Of a stretch of DNA of 64,000 nt, positions 18,346 through 28,021 are shown one piece after another (within the stretch, counting starts at the first letter, position 1; every line of letters starts with the position of its first letter). Source of the DNA: Acidobacteriota bacterium (GTDB lineage Bacteria > Acidobacteriota > Terriglobia > Terriglobales > Acidobacteriaceae); assembly GCA_046727255.1 (NCBI GenBank), contig JBKPCG010000034.1, forward strand, positions 6,465 to 70,464, written 5' to 3'. A program made the translations under genes and the position numbers. Under the pieces are notes generated by a model, which was given only the letters and a program-made list of their open reading frames with translations, did no database searches and was not told where the DNA came from.

Positions 18346-20148
18346 TCACAAGTGGTGCGGCCGCCTGAGCTCCTTTCCTGGCTGCCTTTTCTCGCCGTTC
18401 GGAGCCGCTGGGTTTCGGCTCTCTGCCGGGGGAACATTGCGGAGATGCGGCGGCGTCAACGTTGTACCGGAGATGTGGTCGAACGGCACGGTCCGCGCGA
18501 ACGTTGGCAAGTTGTGCTTGCGCACGTGGGTGACCGCCTCGAACCCGGAAGCAAGCTTGATGAGCGTGGGCTCGCTGAACGCGGTTCCGAAGAAGCTGAC
18601 GCCGAGCGGCGCGCCGAACACCATACCCGCCGGAACCTGCACGATCGGATAACCGGGCCCGGCCGCGAGCCCCGAGGTGCCGAAGATGAAGTGATCGCCG
18701 AAGATCAGATCGGTGGCCCAGGCAGGATTGTCGGTGGCGCTGACCACCGCATCGAGATGGAATTGGGTCAGCGCTGCGTCGATGCCGTTGACTCCGGCAT
18801 TCTGGTCGATGGCAAGTGCCTGGTTGTACGTCATTCCGCCGAAGATCGGCTGCGGATCGTCGGGCCCGGGCGCGAGCGAATCGCAGAGATCCCAAATATC
18901 CTGATTAAAAAATGGCATCTCGGCCTTCGCGTGGGCGTTGTTGTAAGCGATGGCGTCCGTCAAGGTCTTACCCGCCATTGGTACTCCCGCACGAGTGGCG
19001 AAGTAAGCCTTAAGGTCATTTCGGAACTCGAAGCAGAGCACAAGAAATTCGCCGTCAGCTGTAGCGAACGTGAAACCGGCGGCGTCAAGGTCGATGATGG
19101 TAGCTCCTGCGTCAGCCATTGCTTGGAGAGCGGCCTCGAATTGTGCCAGCACGAGCGGCGGCGTGGGGACGAAGGGGTCGAATCCGTTGAGTCCGACCCG
19201 GGTCACGCCGAGGCGCGCACCCTGGAGGCCGTGCTTGTTGAGGAATTGCGTGTACTCGATCGGAATGTTTGTTGGTCGCGTGAAGCGGCCCTGCCATCCC
19301 AACGGAACTCCAGCAGTCGCGGGATCGCGGCCATCATAGCTGCGACTCTGCACCACGCCCAGGGCAACAGCTGCGTCGGCTACGGTGCGACCGTGCGGAC
19401 CGAAGGTGTCCTGGGTGTGAGAGATGGGCACGATGCCCGCACGACTGGTTAGGCCTACGGTCGGCTTGATACCAACTACGCCATTCGCGTTGGCAGGGCA
19501 CACGATGCTGCCATCCGTCTCCGTCCCGAACGACACTGCGGCGAAGTTCGCCGAGGCCGCCGCGCCTGACCCGGAACTGGAGCCGCAGGGATTGCGATTA
19601 ATGCCATAGGGATTGTTCGTTTGTCCGCCCCGGCCCGACCATCCGCTGACCGATTCGAAGGAGCGGAAGTTGGCCCACTCCGACAGGTTCGTCTTGCCCA
19701 GGATCACCGCGCCGCCCGCACGCAGGTTGGCGGCCACCGTGGAGTCTTGAAGCGCCGGCCTTCCGAGTAGAGCGAACGAGCCCGCCGTGGTCTGCATCAT
19801 GTCGCCGGTGTCGACATTGTCTTTGAGCAGCACCGGTATCCCGTGCAACGGGCCAAGTACGACTCCGTGCCTACGCAGCACGTCAGCAGTGCGCGCCATT
19901 TCGAGCGCGTCGGGATTCAACTCGATCACCGAGTTGACCCCCGGTCCATCCTGGTCCAGCGCGACGATGCGCGCGATGTATTCCTTGGTCAACTGCACCG
20001 AGGTGAGTTTGCCGGAAGCCATCTCCGCCTGGAGTTGCGCTACCGTTGCTTCGTTGTGCTGGGTTGGAACGTTCTGATCATTTGCTGCCGCCGAAGGGAG
20101 CGCCAGCAATGCTGCAAGAAAGAGGGTGCGTACGGCTGGGACAATCAT
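18346..20148 (-). CDS. Secreted amidase-signature family amidase
   Basis: Signal peptide MIVPAVRTLFLAALLALPSAAA. The amidase signature is GGSSSGSGAA...GTETDGSIVCPA. Confidence 0.85.
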   Translation of the reverse strand: MIVPAVRTLFLAALLALPSAAANDQNVPTQHNEATVAQLQAEMASGKLTSVQLTKEYIARIVALDQDGPGVNSVIELNPDALEMARTADVLRRHGVVLGPLHGIPVLLKDNVDTGDMMQTTAGSFALLGRPALQDSTVAANLRAGGAVILGKTNLSEWANFRSFESVSGWSGRGGQTNNPYGINRNPCGSSSGSGAAASANFAAVSFGTETDGSIVCPANANGVVGIKPTVGLTSRAGIVPISHTQDTFGPHGRTVADAAVALGVVQSRSYDGRDPATAGVPLGWQGRFTRPTNIPIEYTQFLNKHGLQGARLGVTRVGLNGFDPFVPTPPLVLAQFEAALQAMADAGATIIDLDAAGFTFATADGEFLVLCFEFRNDLKAYFATRAGVPMAGKTLTDAIAYNNAHAKAEMPFFNQDIWDLCDSLAPGPDDPQPIFGGMTYNQALAIDQNAGVNGIDAALTQFHLDAVVSATDNPAWATDLIFGDHFIFGTSGLAAGPGYPIVQVPAGMVFGAPLGVSFFGTAFSEPTLIKLASGFEAVTHVRKHNLPTFARTVPFDHISGTTLTPPHLRNVPPAESRNPAAPNGEKRQPGKELRRPHHL

Positions 20149-20319
20149 CGTGTTCCTCCTGTGGTGTGTGAGGGCCTTGGTCGCGGGTTATTGCCGGGAA
20201 TCCTGCTACTCTCGCATCAGATTGTCAAGGGGTTCATGCAAATGTATTCCTGGGCTGTGGGCACGGGAATGCCGCACCCCGCTTGGGCTCCAGCCATTAA
20301 CTTTTAGGGAGTCTATCGG

Positions 20320-21039
20320 CTACTCGTTACTGACTGTCCTTAGCTTCTGCGGCAACCCCCCATTGATCACCTCCCGCACCTTCGCCATCAGGCAGTCGCG
20401 GTCGCCGAAATCCGCGGGCTCAATCGGATCATGAAACTGCACGGTCACCGTTCCCGGCTGGATCGCAAAACGCGCCTTCGGCATCACTTCCTGCGTGCCG
20501 GAGATGGTGATCGGCACCACCGGCACTTTGCAGTCTTCCGCCAGGTAGAACGGGCCTTTTTTGAAGGGCAGCAGGCGGCCATCGAAGGAACGTTTGCCTT
20601 CAATGTAGATCGTCATGTTGAGGCCTTGCTGGATTGCTTTGACTGCTTCGCGCACAGCGGAGATGCCGGCATCGCGATTTGCGCGGTCCACCGGCACCAG
20701 CGAGCCGATCTGCATGATCTTGCCCAAGATCGGGTAGCTGAATAATTCTTTCTTCACCATCACCGAGGTCCGTCGTGGAATCAGCGGCAAAGTTATTGGC
20801 GGGTCAAGGTTCGAAATGTGATTGGACATGAAGATATAACTGCGCGACGGATCAATCTTGTCCAAGCCCACAGTCTGTACGCGGACACCGGCGATGCGCA
20901 CTCCTGTAAATGCCGCCCACATACACATGCGGTACAGGAAGCTAACGTCTTGGGTGAGATAGGTCCATGGGAATCCAAACAACGCCGCGATTGGCAGAGC
21001 TCCCGCCCAGAACGCCAGCATGAGGATGGTGCGGAACAT
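20320..21039 (-). CDS. plsC: 1-acyl-sn-glycerol-3-phosphate acyltransferase
   Basis: 239 aa with NHISNLDP (HX4D), an N-terminal TM segment and an EGKRS motif. Confidence 0.88.
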   Translation of the reverse strand: MFRTILMLAFWAGALPIAALFGFPWTYLTQDVSFLYRMCMWAAFTGVRIAGVRVQTVGLDKIDPSRSYIFMSNHISNLDPPITLPLIPRRTSVMVKKELFSYPILGKIMQIGSLVPVDRANRDAGISAVREAVKAIQQGLNMTIYIEGKRSFDGRLLPFKKGPFYLAEDCKVPVVPITISGTQEVMPKARFAIQPGTVTVQFHDPIEPADFGDRDCLMAKVREVINGGLPQKLRTVSNE

Positions 21040-21066
21040 GTCTCCTTAAAAGGCGCTAAGAAACTT

Positions 21067-21159
21067 GCAGCGCCAGCATCCGCCAGCTGTCGCGAGGGCA
21101 TCTTGCCCTCGCGTGTGGGCGGGAAGCCCCCACGACAGCCGCCGGGATGGCAGCGCTAC
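21067..21159. repeat. REP-like three-way-junction element
   Basis: An imperfect outer stem (GCAGCGCCAGCATCCGCCAGCTGTCG / CGACAGCCGCCGGGATGGCAGCGCT) encloses two hairpins: GCGAGGGCA-tct-TGCCCTCGC (9 bp) and GTGGGCGG-gaag-CCCCCAC. It lies between the mpl 3' end and the plsC start. Confidence 0.55.
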
Positions 21160-21183
21160 TCTCGAACCGATGACGACAGTTTT

Positions 21184-22605
21184 CTATGCCCCAACCCCGA
21201 GCCTGCGCAGACGCTCTGGCAGCTTCTCATAGATGCCGCCGAATCCGCCATTGGAGAGGATGGCAACCACATCGCCCGATCGCAACTCAGGTGCGATCAC
21301 ACGGACGATGGCATCCGCGTCGGCCAGGATTCGACCACTACGACCCTGCTTTTGGATTTCTTCCACTACACGATTCAGATCAAGGCGTTCTGCTTCCGGA
21401 ATCGCTTCCGACTTGAAGACATTCGCTACGACCACTTCGTCCGCCAATGCGAGGCTTCGCCCAAGGGCCTCCTGCAGCACATTGCGCCGCATGGTATTCG
21501 AGCGCGGCTCCAGCACGGCCCACAGGCGCGCCGCTGGATATCGCGAACGCAGCGCCTGGAGCGTCTGCCCGATTGCGGTGGGATGATGCGCAAAGTCATC
21601 AATAATGGTGATTCCGTTGACATGCGCCTTGACTTCCAAGCGCCGCTTCACGCTCTGGAAAGATCGAAGAGCCTCCCCAATCACTTCTCTCGGAACTCCG
21701 TAGTCCGCGGCCAGTGCCGCCGCTGCGGTTGCGTTCCAGACGTTGTATTCACCCGCCAGTGGAAATTCGAATTCTGCCCAGCGCTTTCCTTCGCACAGCA
21801 CCGACCACGAGGTTCTTTCTGGGCCGAGTTTGAGATTCGCAATCTGCCAGGTTGCACGCCCCGTCGAACCGTAGCGTTCTACCGGACAGAGCGCCGGCTG
21901 CAAGCACCGCTCGACACTCTCCCCGGTGTCGAATGCAATGACCCGTCCGCGCCTCGGCACCAGGTTCACGAGTCGCCTGAAGGCCGTTTCCACTGCCTCC
22001 AGATCTTTGTAGATATCGGCGTGGTCGAATTCGACGGATGTGAGGATGACCGCATCAGGAAAGTAGTGCAGGAACTTTGGGCCTTTGTCGAAGAACGCCG
22101 TGTCGTATTCGTCGCCTTCGAGCAGGAAGTAGCGGCCTTCGCCGAGTCCGAAACTGCTGCCGAAGTTTTCGGCGATTCCGCCGATGAGAAACGATGGCCG
22201 CAGGCCGGCCGTTTCGAAAATCCACGCCAGCATGGATGTGGTTGTCGTCTTGCCGTGCGTGCCCGCTACCACCAGCACATCTTTCCCGACCAGAAATTCA
22301 TCGTGCAGAATCTGGGGCAGTGAGGAGAAAGGGATACGCTCGTCGAGCACATACTCCAGTTCCGCATTGCCGCGCGAGATCGCGTTTCCCACTACTACGA
22401 GATCGGGCCGCGGTTTCAAATTACCTTCAGCAAAAGGCTGCGCCAGCGGAATGCTCAGCGACTCAAGAAACGTCGACATGGGCGGATAGGCCGCAGCGTC
22501 CGAGCCGGTGACGCGAAATCCACGCTGCTTGAGCATTCCTGCCAGCGACGCCATGGCGGTGCCGCAGATTCCGATCAGGTGAACGTGTTTTGGGTTGGCG
22601 TTCAT
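21184..22605 (-). CDS. mpl: UDP-N-acetylmuramate:L-Ala-gamma-D-Glu-meso-DAP ligase (murein peptide ligase)
   Basis: HLIGICGTAMASLAGMLKQRGFRVTGSD and a Mur-ligase core (GTHGKTTTT). Confidence 0.9.
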   Translation of the reverse strand: MNANPKHVHLIGICGTAMASLAGMLKQRGFRVTGSDAAAYPPMSTFLESLSIPLAQPFAEGNLKPRPDLVVVGNAISRGNAELEYVLDERIPFSSLPQILHDEFLVGKDVLVVAGTHGKTTTTSMLAWIFETAGLRPSFLIGGIAENFGSSFGLGEGRYFLLEGDEYDTAFFDKGPKFLHYFPDAVILTSVEFDHADIYKDLEAVETAFRRLVNLVPRRGRVIAFDTGESVERCLQPALCPVERYGSTGRATWQIANLKLGPERTSWSVLCEGKRWAEFEFPLAGEYNVWNATAAAALAADYGVPREVIGEALRSFQSVKRRLEVKAHVNGITIIDDFAHHPTAIGQTLQALRSRYPAARLWAVLEPRSNTMRRNVLQEALGRSLALADEVVVANVFKSEAIPEAERLDLNRVVEEIQKQGRSGRILADADAIVRVIAPELRSGDVVAILSNGGFGGIYEKLPERLRRLGVGA

Positions 22606-22658
22606 CTTAGTAGGTAGTTATCAGCCCAGTAGTTCACCGTGACCCCGTGTCCCCGTGG

Positions 22659-23609
22659 TTAAGATTTCTCGGTTGCCGACTCCAAAATCCGGAGCTTCAC
22701 TTCGCCTTCAACATCCAACCGCGCTCGCACTCCAATCGGCAGCGTGATGTTGGCGCGTGAGACATGTCCCGACCTCAGCCCAAATGCCACTGGAATCTTC
22801 AGATTCCCGACCACACGCAGCACCACTTCTTCCAGCGTGTAGTCCTGGTCAGCGCTCTGTCGGCAGTCGAGCATTTCGCCAAAAACAATTCCGCGCACTC
22901 CGTTTAACTTCCCAGCCAGCTTCAACTGCATCAGCATGCGATCGATCTGGAAGGGCTTGGCTGCCACGTCCTCCAGAAACAAGATCGTGCCTTCGGTGCG
23001 AATCTCGTTCCGCGTTCCCAGCGATGCGACCAGGATTGACAGACACCCCCCATACAGAATGCCTTCTGCCTGTCCATGGACCATCAGACCCGCTCCGGAG
23101 CCAGCGCCGATCTCCCACTCGGCCGCGCCGCTCAACGCCGCCGCCCACGAGGCTATGTCCACGCCGTCGTCACTTGCGAAATCCTTGGTCACCATGGGCC
23201 CGTGAAACGTCACCAAGTTGACGGAGTCCGCGAAGCACGTCAGCAGACTCGTCAGGTCGCTGTAGCCGACGAAAATCTTGGGATGCGCGGCGATCTTTCT
23301 CAGGTCGAGCCTATTCAACAGATAGTTCGATCCGTAGCCGCCACGGGCGCAGATGATTGCTCGCACGTCCTGGCGCTCGAACATCTCCTCCAGTTCCCGC
23401 GACCGCCGCTCCACTAACCCCGCAAAATACAAGTCCCGTTCCATGATCGAATCGGAGTAAAGCGGCTCATATCCCATACGACAGAGCGCCGCGCTGCCTT
23501 GCTCAAGCAATTCAGGCTTGATGTTTGAGGCAGGAGCGACAATCCCAACCTTGTCTCCGGCGCGGAGCGCTGGCGGCTTGATGCGCGAAAGTCTGGGAGT
23601 GGAAACCAT
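22659..23609 (-). CDS. ldcA: LD-carboxypeptidase (peptidase S66)
   Basis: 316 aa. GDKVGIVAPAS...ARGGYGS...GYSDLTSL...FGLRSGH is the S66 pattern. It is adjacent to mpl, consistent with murein recycling. Confidence 0.88.
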   Translation of the reverse strand: MVSTPRLSRIKPPALRAGDKVGIVAPASNIKPELLEQGSAALCRMGYEPLYSDSIMERDLYFAGLVERRSRELEEMFERQDVRAIICARGGYGSNYLLNRLDLRKIAAHPKIFVGYSDLTSLLTCFADSVNLVTFHGPMVTKDFASDDGVDIASWAAALSGAAEWEIGAGSGAGLMVHGQAEGILYGGCLSILVASLGTRNEIRTEGTILFLEDVAAKPFQIDRMLMQLKLAGKLNGVRGIVFGEMLDCRQSADQDYTLEEVVLRVVGNLKIPVAFGLRSGHVSRANITLPIGVRARLDVEGEVKLRILESATEKS

Positions 23610-23620
23610 GTTGTCCGATC

Positions 23621-24418
23621 TTAAATGAAGAACTCTCCCCGGCAGATCAGCGTCGCAGGACCTTGCAAGTAAACGCGGCCTTCCCAGCGAACTGTCTGCG
23701 TTCCTCCGGGAGCAACGACCTTCACCGGAGGTGCAACCCGGCGGCTGGAAATCGCCGACACCGTCGCAGCGCAGGAACCGGTTCCCGATGACAGGGTCTC
23801 TCCTACGCCCCGCTCGAAGAGCCGGATTTCAATTTCACTCGGTCCGCGCACCACGACATATTCCACATTCGTGCCTTCGGGAAATGCCGGTTGAGTCGCG
23901 ATCAGAGCCGCCTGCCGCTGCCATCCTTCCTGAAATCCATCTACGAAAATCACAAAATGTGGATTGCCCATCGACACTTTCGTCCCGACCGCCCGGACCC
24001 ACATCGTTTCAATTGCCAGTTCCCCCGTCACCACAGGCTCGCCCATATCGGCTTCGAACTCAAACGTGGCGCCTTGTTGTCCGATGAGGCGGCAGGTTTT
24101 GGGGCCTGCACCGGTCAGAACGATTACTTCTCTCTTGTTCTCCTGCGCACCCAAATAGGCCGCTACGCAACGAGTACCATTGCCTGAGACCTCGGCCTCC
24201 GAGCCATCGGCGTTAAAGAGCTGCGCCCTTGCGTCTGCACCGGGATCCGGAAACAGCCACTCGACGCCGTCAGCGCCAATGCCGTTGTGACGATCGCATA
24301 AGCGGCGGCTGATTGCGCCCAGGTCTCCGCTTAGTGCTGCGCCTTCGATAATCAGAAAATCATTTCCGCAGGCCGAGGCTTTGGTGAAAGGAATTGACTT
24401 GCCGGAAAGCGGGTTCAT
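23621..24418 (-). CDS. dapF: Diaminopimelate epimerase
   Basis: CGNDFLII, MGNPHFV and SGTGSCA catalytic-Cys motifs. Confidence 0.93.
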   Translation of the reverse strand: MNPLSGKSIPFTKASACGNDFLIIEGAALSGDLGAISRRLCDRHNGIGADGVEWLFPDPGADARAQLFNADGSEAEVSGNGTRCVAAYLGAQENKREVIVLTGAGPKTCRLIGQQGATFEFEADMGEPVVTGELAIETMWVRAVGTKVSMGNPHFVIFVDGFQEGWQRQAALIATQPAFPEGTNVEYVVVRGPSEIEIRLFERGVGETLSSGTGSCAATVSAISSRRVAPPVKVVAPGGTQTVRWEGRVYLQGPATLICRGEFFI

Positions 24419-25152
24419 TCGTGTTCCGTGGTACCGACGGTCGCCACGCTCGCGAACACGTTCGATTCATGCAATCGGAGAGTAAGGACGTTCCGGTCTT
24501 CGGGCGCGCAATCGACGCCAAAAATCAGGCGCGACTGCCCGTCCATCGGAGCGAGATGAACGTCGTGCATGGTGAGCTTCTCGCCTTCCAGAATGCGATT
24601 CACTTCGCGCAGCATCGCTTCCACGTTGGTGCCCGTCACCTCAAACGTGGTGAGCGTGGTCTTCAACGCAAAGCGGCCTTCCAGATTCCCCAGCACGGCA
24701 AGCGCGACCAAAATCAGGACCGTCGCAAACACCGCCGTAATATACAACCCGCCGCCCACGGCCATACCCACCGACGCCACCACAAACAAGGTCGCCGCCG
24801 TGGTCAGCCCGGTCACCGACCCTCGCGAATGCAGGATCGAACCCGCGCCAATAAAACCAATCCCGGGAATAATCTGCGCCGCGATGCGTGTGCTGTCGGC
24901 GTCGGTCGCAGCCAGTTGCTTGGAAAGGACCGTGAACATCGCCGCGCCGAAACAGATAAACATATTCGTACGCAACCCGGCAGGTTTGTGGCGCAGTTGC
25001 CGCTCCAGTCCGATGATCCCGCCCAGGATGGCCGCCACCAGCAGACGATCGATCGTCGAGGAAAGCACTCGCCCCATCTCTGTGAAGAACGGATCCATCA
25101 TCGAATGGAGACTAGGCATGGTCGGAAACCGATTTTGAGCGGATTCTAACAC
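24415..25152 (-). CDS. MgtC/SapB-family membrane protein with a C-terminal ACT-like domain
   Basis: GLERQLRHKPAGLRTNMFICFGAAMF is the MgtC signature. It overlaps the dapF start by 4 nt. Confidence 0.85.
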   Translation of the reverse strand: MLESAQNRFPTMPSLHSMMDPFFTEMGRVLSSTIDRLLVAAILGGIIGLERQLRHKPAGLRTNMFICFGAAMFTVLSKQLAATDADSTRIAAQIIPGIGFIGAGSILHSRGSVTGLTTAATLFVVASVGMAVGGGLYITAVFATVLILVALAVLGNLEGRFALKTTLTTFEVTGTNVEAMLREVNRILEGEKLTMHDVHLAPMDGQSRLIFGVDCAPEDRNVLTLRLHESNVFASVATVGTTEHE

Positions 25153-25190
25153 CGCTGCCGGGTTTGCTCTGTTGACTTGCGAGGTGAAAG

Positions 25191-26912
25191 TTAACGCGAT
25201 TGATTCATGGCAGCCCGCGCCGCGTAGATTCTGGCACGCGCCTGCCCCGAAGTATGTATCTCCGTTAGCAGCCTGAGGCCCTTCTTCTCCAATCGCTGGT
25301 CGACGGCATCGCCATCATAAGCGATGACAAAGTCCACGTTTTCCACTGGGTCGACGAGCGCCTTCTCCCACAAGCCCTCCGGGTCTGCAGGCTTCTTCCA
25401 CGGCCGGTGATTCCCTTCATTGATGACTTGCCGCAGAGGCACTCCCGCCTGCTGGAATATGCCGACATGGTCGCCAACGTACATTAGGTATGTGGAATTA
25501 AGCGGCAGAGCTGAGACAGCTTTCGCCACCGACGATTCCAGCGCCAGCTTGCTCCGCGAGTTCACCCAGGCTTCAGTGAAACACAGAGGCTGCGCCTTCC
25601 AGACGAAGAAGTAGCTCAAGGCGACGAAAACCAAAACCACTACCCAAGTCCCGCGCCAAAGCAGGTTCGTATCAGGCCATCGCTTCAGCGATGGCGCAAC
25701 TTGCCTCTTTTCGATAGCCCCTTCAGGGGCTGCGATGGCAGCCACCGCCGACACAATCACTGCCGCAGACACGGCAAACAGCGGCAGCAACTGCAATCCG
25801 TAGCGCAGGTTGTACCACGTAAATGGCCACCACGCGGGCAGGAACAGCGGCACTCCGCCATACGCAATCGAAAGAGCGTAGAACACTACTGGCACCCAGA
25901 GGAGCAGAACGGCCCGCTGCGCCGGGATTTTCATCGCCAGAAAGAAACCGGCCAGCGCAATCACGATCCAGATCCTGCCCCAGTTCCCTTGCGCCATGTT
26001 CAGTTCGGCGGACTTAAGAAAGAAGCTCGCCGCCGTAACGACGTTCGCGGCTCCCGGATGCGTCGGGTATCCTGGCTGAGCCGTCCGCTGCTCAATCGCC
26101 TTCGCCGAGTACGGACCGTTCGCGAACTCCAGTGGATTTCCATAGACGGCAGCGTTGTACGCAAGCCACAACAGCGGCGCGGCCGCGATCCTTGCCAGGA
26201 ATTTCAGCGCCGCTCGCCGAAAAGTGCGGTCGCTCAATCGGCGTAAAAGCAGGAAAAACACGACCGACCCGATTACGGCGGCAAGAAACCATCCGTCGTA
26301 GCGCGTCAGTTCGGCGCCAGCGAGGCACGCGGCACATCGATAGAGCGAACGGCCTGAGGCGGAGCTGTCCATCAACTCTGGCGCGGAGTATCGCAGCGAC
26401 CGCAAAAACTCCGCAAAGTACACCACCGCCCAGATGAAAAGAGCCAGATACAGCGACTCGGTCATGGCGGTCGTCTGCAGATAAATCAGGTTTGGATTCG
26501 CCCCATAGACCAAAGCCGCCAGCCACGCGCCGGAACGCGACCACATTCGGGTCCGATCATCGTCTTCCAACAAGCTGCGTGTGAACCGGAAGATTCCAAT
26601 CACTCCCAGAACGTACGCGATCATCGATGGAATCGACCCGCCTACCCCGCTTCGCCACATCTTGTCCGAAACCAGAAATGGAATCATCAGCAGGTGCGGC
26701 AGCGGTAGCCACACTGTCCCCAACTGCAATAGGCCGGGAGTTTGGGAATCGAAGACGCGACGCGCGATATTGATGTGCGCAACGGCGTCCCCGTAGAGCA
26801 AAGTCTCTCCTCGCTGGAAATAGTAAAGAAAGGACAGCAGCGACACCGCGGAAGCGATCGTCGCGACCAGCTTGAGATCAAGGTCGAAGATGCGTTTGGT
26901 GGGAATGCTCAC
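25191..26912 (-). CDS. Large polytopic membrane protein, GT-C (ArnT/PMT-like) glycosyltransferase family; start uncertain
   Basis: More than 10 predicted TM segments. The first 19 codons of the track ORF (to 26969) are encoded by the heptad repeat, so I prefer the GTG at about 26912 (VSIPTKRIFDL...). Confidence 0.6.
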   Translation of the reverse strand: MSIPTKRIFDLDLKLVATIASAVSLLSFLYYFQRGETLLYGDAVAHINIARRVFDSQTPGLLQLGTVWLPLPHLLMIPFLVSDKMWRSGVGGSIPSMIAYVLGVIGIFRFTRSLLEDDDRTRMWSRSGAWLAALVYGANPNLIYLQTTAMTESLYLALFIWAVVYFAEFLRSLRYSAPELMDSSASGRSLYRCAACLAGAELTRYDGWFLAAVIGSVVFFLLLRRLSDRTFRRAALKFLARIAAAPLLWLAYNAAVYGNPLEFANGPYSAKAIEQRTAQPGYPTHPGAANVVTAASFFLKSAELNMAQGNWGRIWIVIALAGFFLAMKIPAQRAVLLLWVPVVFYALSIAYGGVPLFLPAWWPFTWYNLRYGLQLLPLFAVSAAVIVSAVAAIAAPEGAIEKRQVAPSLKRWPDTNLLWRGTWVVVLVFVALSYFFVWKAQPLCFTEAWVNSRSKLALESSVAKAVSALPLNSTYLMYVGDHVGIFQQAGVPLRQVINEGNHRPWKKPADPEGLWEKALVDPVENVDFVIAYDGDAVDQRLEKKGLRLLTEIHTSGQARARIYAARAAMNQSR

Positions 26913-26922
26913 GGAAGCGATT

Positions 26923-27008
26923 GTAGAAGTTAGAAGTAAGATTGCAGAAGTAAAAGCCCCGACAACCAACAGAATTTTACTTCTACAGTGGGACTTCTGA
27001 CTTCTAAC
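26923..27008. repeat. Heptad-periodic inverted repeat (YAGAAGT flavour)
   Basis: The left arm is GTAGAAGT TAGAAGT AAGATTG CAGAAGT AAAA (26923-26955). The right arm is TTTT ACTTCTA CAGTGGG ACTTCTG ACTTCTA AC (26975-27008). The right arm ends 1 nt before the pfkB-family stop codon. Confidence 0.75.
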
Positions 27009-27009
27009 T

Positions 27010-27933
27010 TTATTCGAGGTGTGTCAGTTCGCGGAAGATCTGGAAGCGCGCGTCAATCTCTTCCCGCGTCAGATTCTGGAGTCGCTCTGTGCCGAAGCGT
27101 TCCACCGCGAACGAGCCCATCACGCCCCCATAAAAGAGGGCGCGCTTGAGCACCTCGCGATTGATCTCGCCCTGCGAAGCGATGTATCCCATGAACCCGC
27201 CCGCAAATGAGTCGCCCGCACCCGTCGGATCTTTCACCTCTTCGATGGGCAGCGCGGGCGCGCGGAACGGGTGCTTGCCGATGCCAAATGCTCCTTCGCG
27301 GAAAAAGATGGTGGCTCCGTACTCACCGTGTTTGACGACGAGCGCCTGCGGCCCCATGGTCAGCACTTTCCGGGATGCACGTAGAAGATTCTTCTCGCCC
27401 GCGAGCATCTTGACCTCGGTATCGTTGATCAGGAGAACGTTAACCAACTTCAATGTCTCCGCAAGTTCTTTCGGAGTCCGCTGGATCCAGAAATTCATGG
27501 TGTCGCAGCCCGTCAGACGCACGCCGTTCATTTCCCGTCGCACGGCCGCCTGCAGCGTCGGATCTATATTGGCCAGGAAGAGAAACTGGGTATCCGCGTA
27601 CTCCTTCGGGATGCGCGGCTGAAACTTCTCGAATACGTTCAGTTCCGTGAAGTCGGTCTTGGCTTCGTTGAGGTTGTCGAGATATTGGCCGCCCCAGCGG
27701 AATGTCTTGCCCTTGGCGCGCTCGATTCCGCGCGTGTCCACGCCGTGACCCTTCAAAACGGCTTCATCCTTTGCGGCGAAGTCGTCGCCTACAACCGCGA
27801 CCACGCGCACGTCGGTGAAGTAACTTGCGGCTAACGAAAAATACGTCGCCGCCCCTCCCAGAATGTTCTCAACGCGGCCGGAGGGCGTGGCAATGTCGTC
27901 AAAGGCAACGGAACCGACTACCAGAATGCTCAT
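27010..27933 (-). CDS. PfkB-family sugar/nucleoside kinase
   Basis: 307 aa. The N-terminus is VGSVAFDDI... and the C-terminus has DPTGAGDSFAGGF (the PfkB signature). Confidence 0.85.
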   Translation of the reverse strand: MSILVVGSVAFDDIATPSGRVENILGGAATYFSLAASYFTDVRVVAVVGDDFAAKDEAVLKGHGVDTRGIERAKGKTFRWGGQYLDNLNEAKTDFTELNVFEKFQPRIPKEYADTQFLFLANIDPTLQAAVRREMNGVRLTGCDTMNFWIQRTPKELAETLKLVNVLLINDTEVKMLAGEKNLLRASRKVLTMGPQALVVKHGEYGATIFFREGAFGIGKHPFRAPALPIEEVKDPTGAGDSFAGGFMGYIASQGEINREVLKRALFYGGVMGSFAVERFGTERLQNLTREEIDARFQIFRELTHLE

Positions 27934-27946
27934 CAGTCTCCAAAGG

Positions 27947-28021
27947 GGTGGTTAGTCGATGGTCGTTAGTCGTTGGCAAACCAGAGCGAACGACTCGCGT
28001 CTGACGACCAACGACGACTAC
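27947..28021. repeat. Heptad-periodic inverted repeat (TAGTCGT flavour)
   Basis: The left arm is GGTGGT TAGTCGA TGGTCGT TAGTCGT TGG. The right arm is CGAACGACTCGCGTCTGACGACCAACGACGACTAC. The right arm contains the mtnP stop codon (CTA at 28018-28020). The pfkB-family SD (GGAGA) follows the left arm in the transcript sense. Confidence 0.7.

Noticed and set aside
18352-19452. 366-aa + ORF
   Set aside because: It is antisense to the amidase gene and has no motifs.
20149-20319. Promoter for the amidase gene (perfect TTGACA at about 20223-20228 on the minus strand)
   Set aside because: At 17-nt spacing the only -10 candidate is CAGGAT, which matches the consensus poorly. The call is too weak without TSS data.
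21150-21183. tRNA-like T-arm (GGTTCGAGAG on the minus strand)
   Set aside because: No acceptor, D or anticodon arms can be built, and it lies at the edge of the REP-like element. I found no tRNA or rRNA genes in the window.
20818-22323. 501-aa + ORF spanning plsC, the intergenic repeat and mpl
   Set aside because: It runs antisense across two well-supported genes and a repeat, so it is not credible as one protein.
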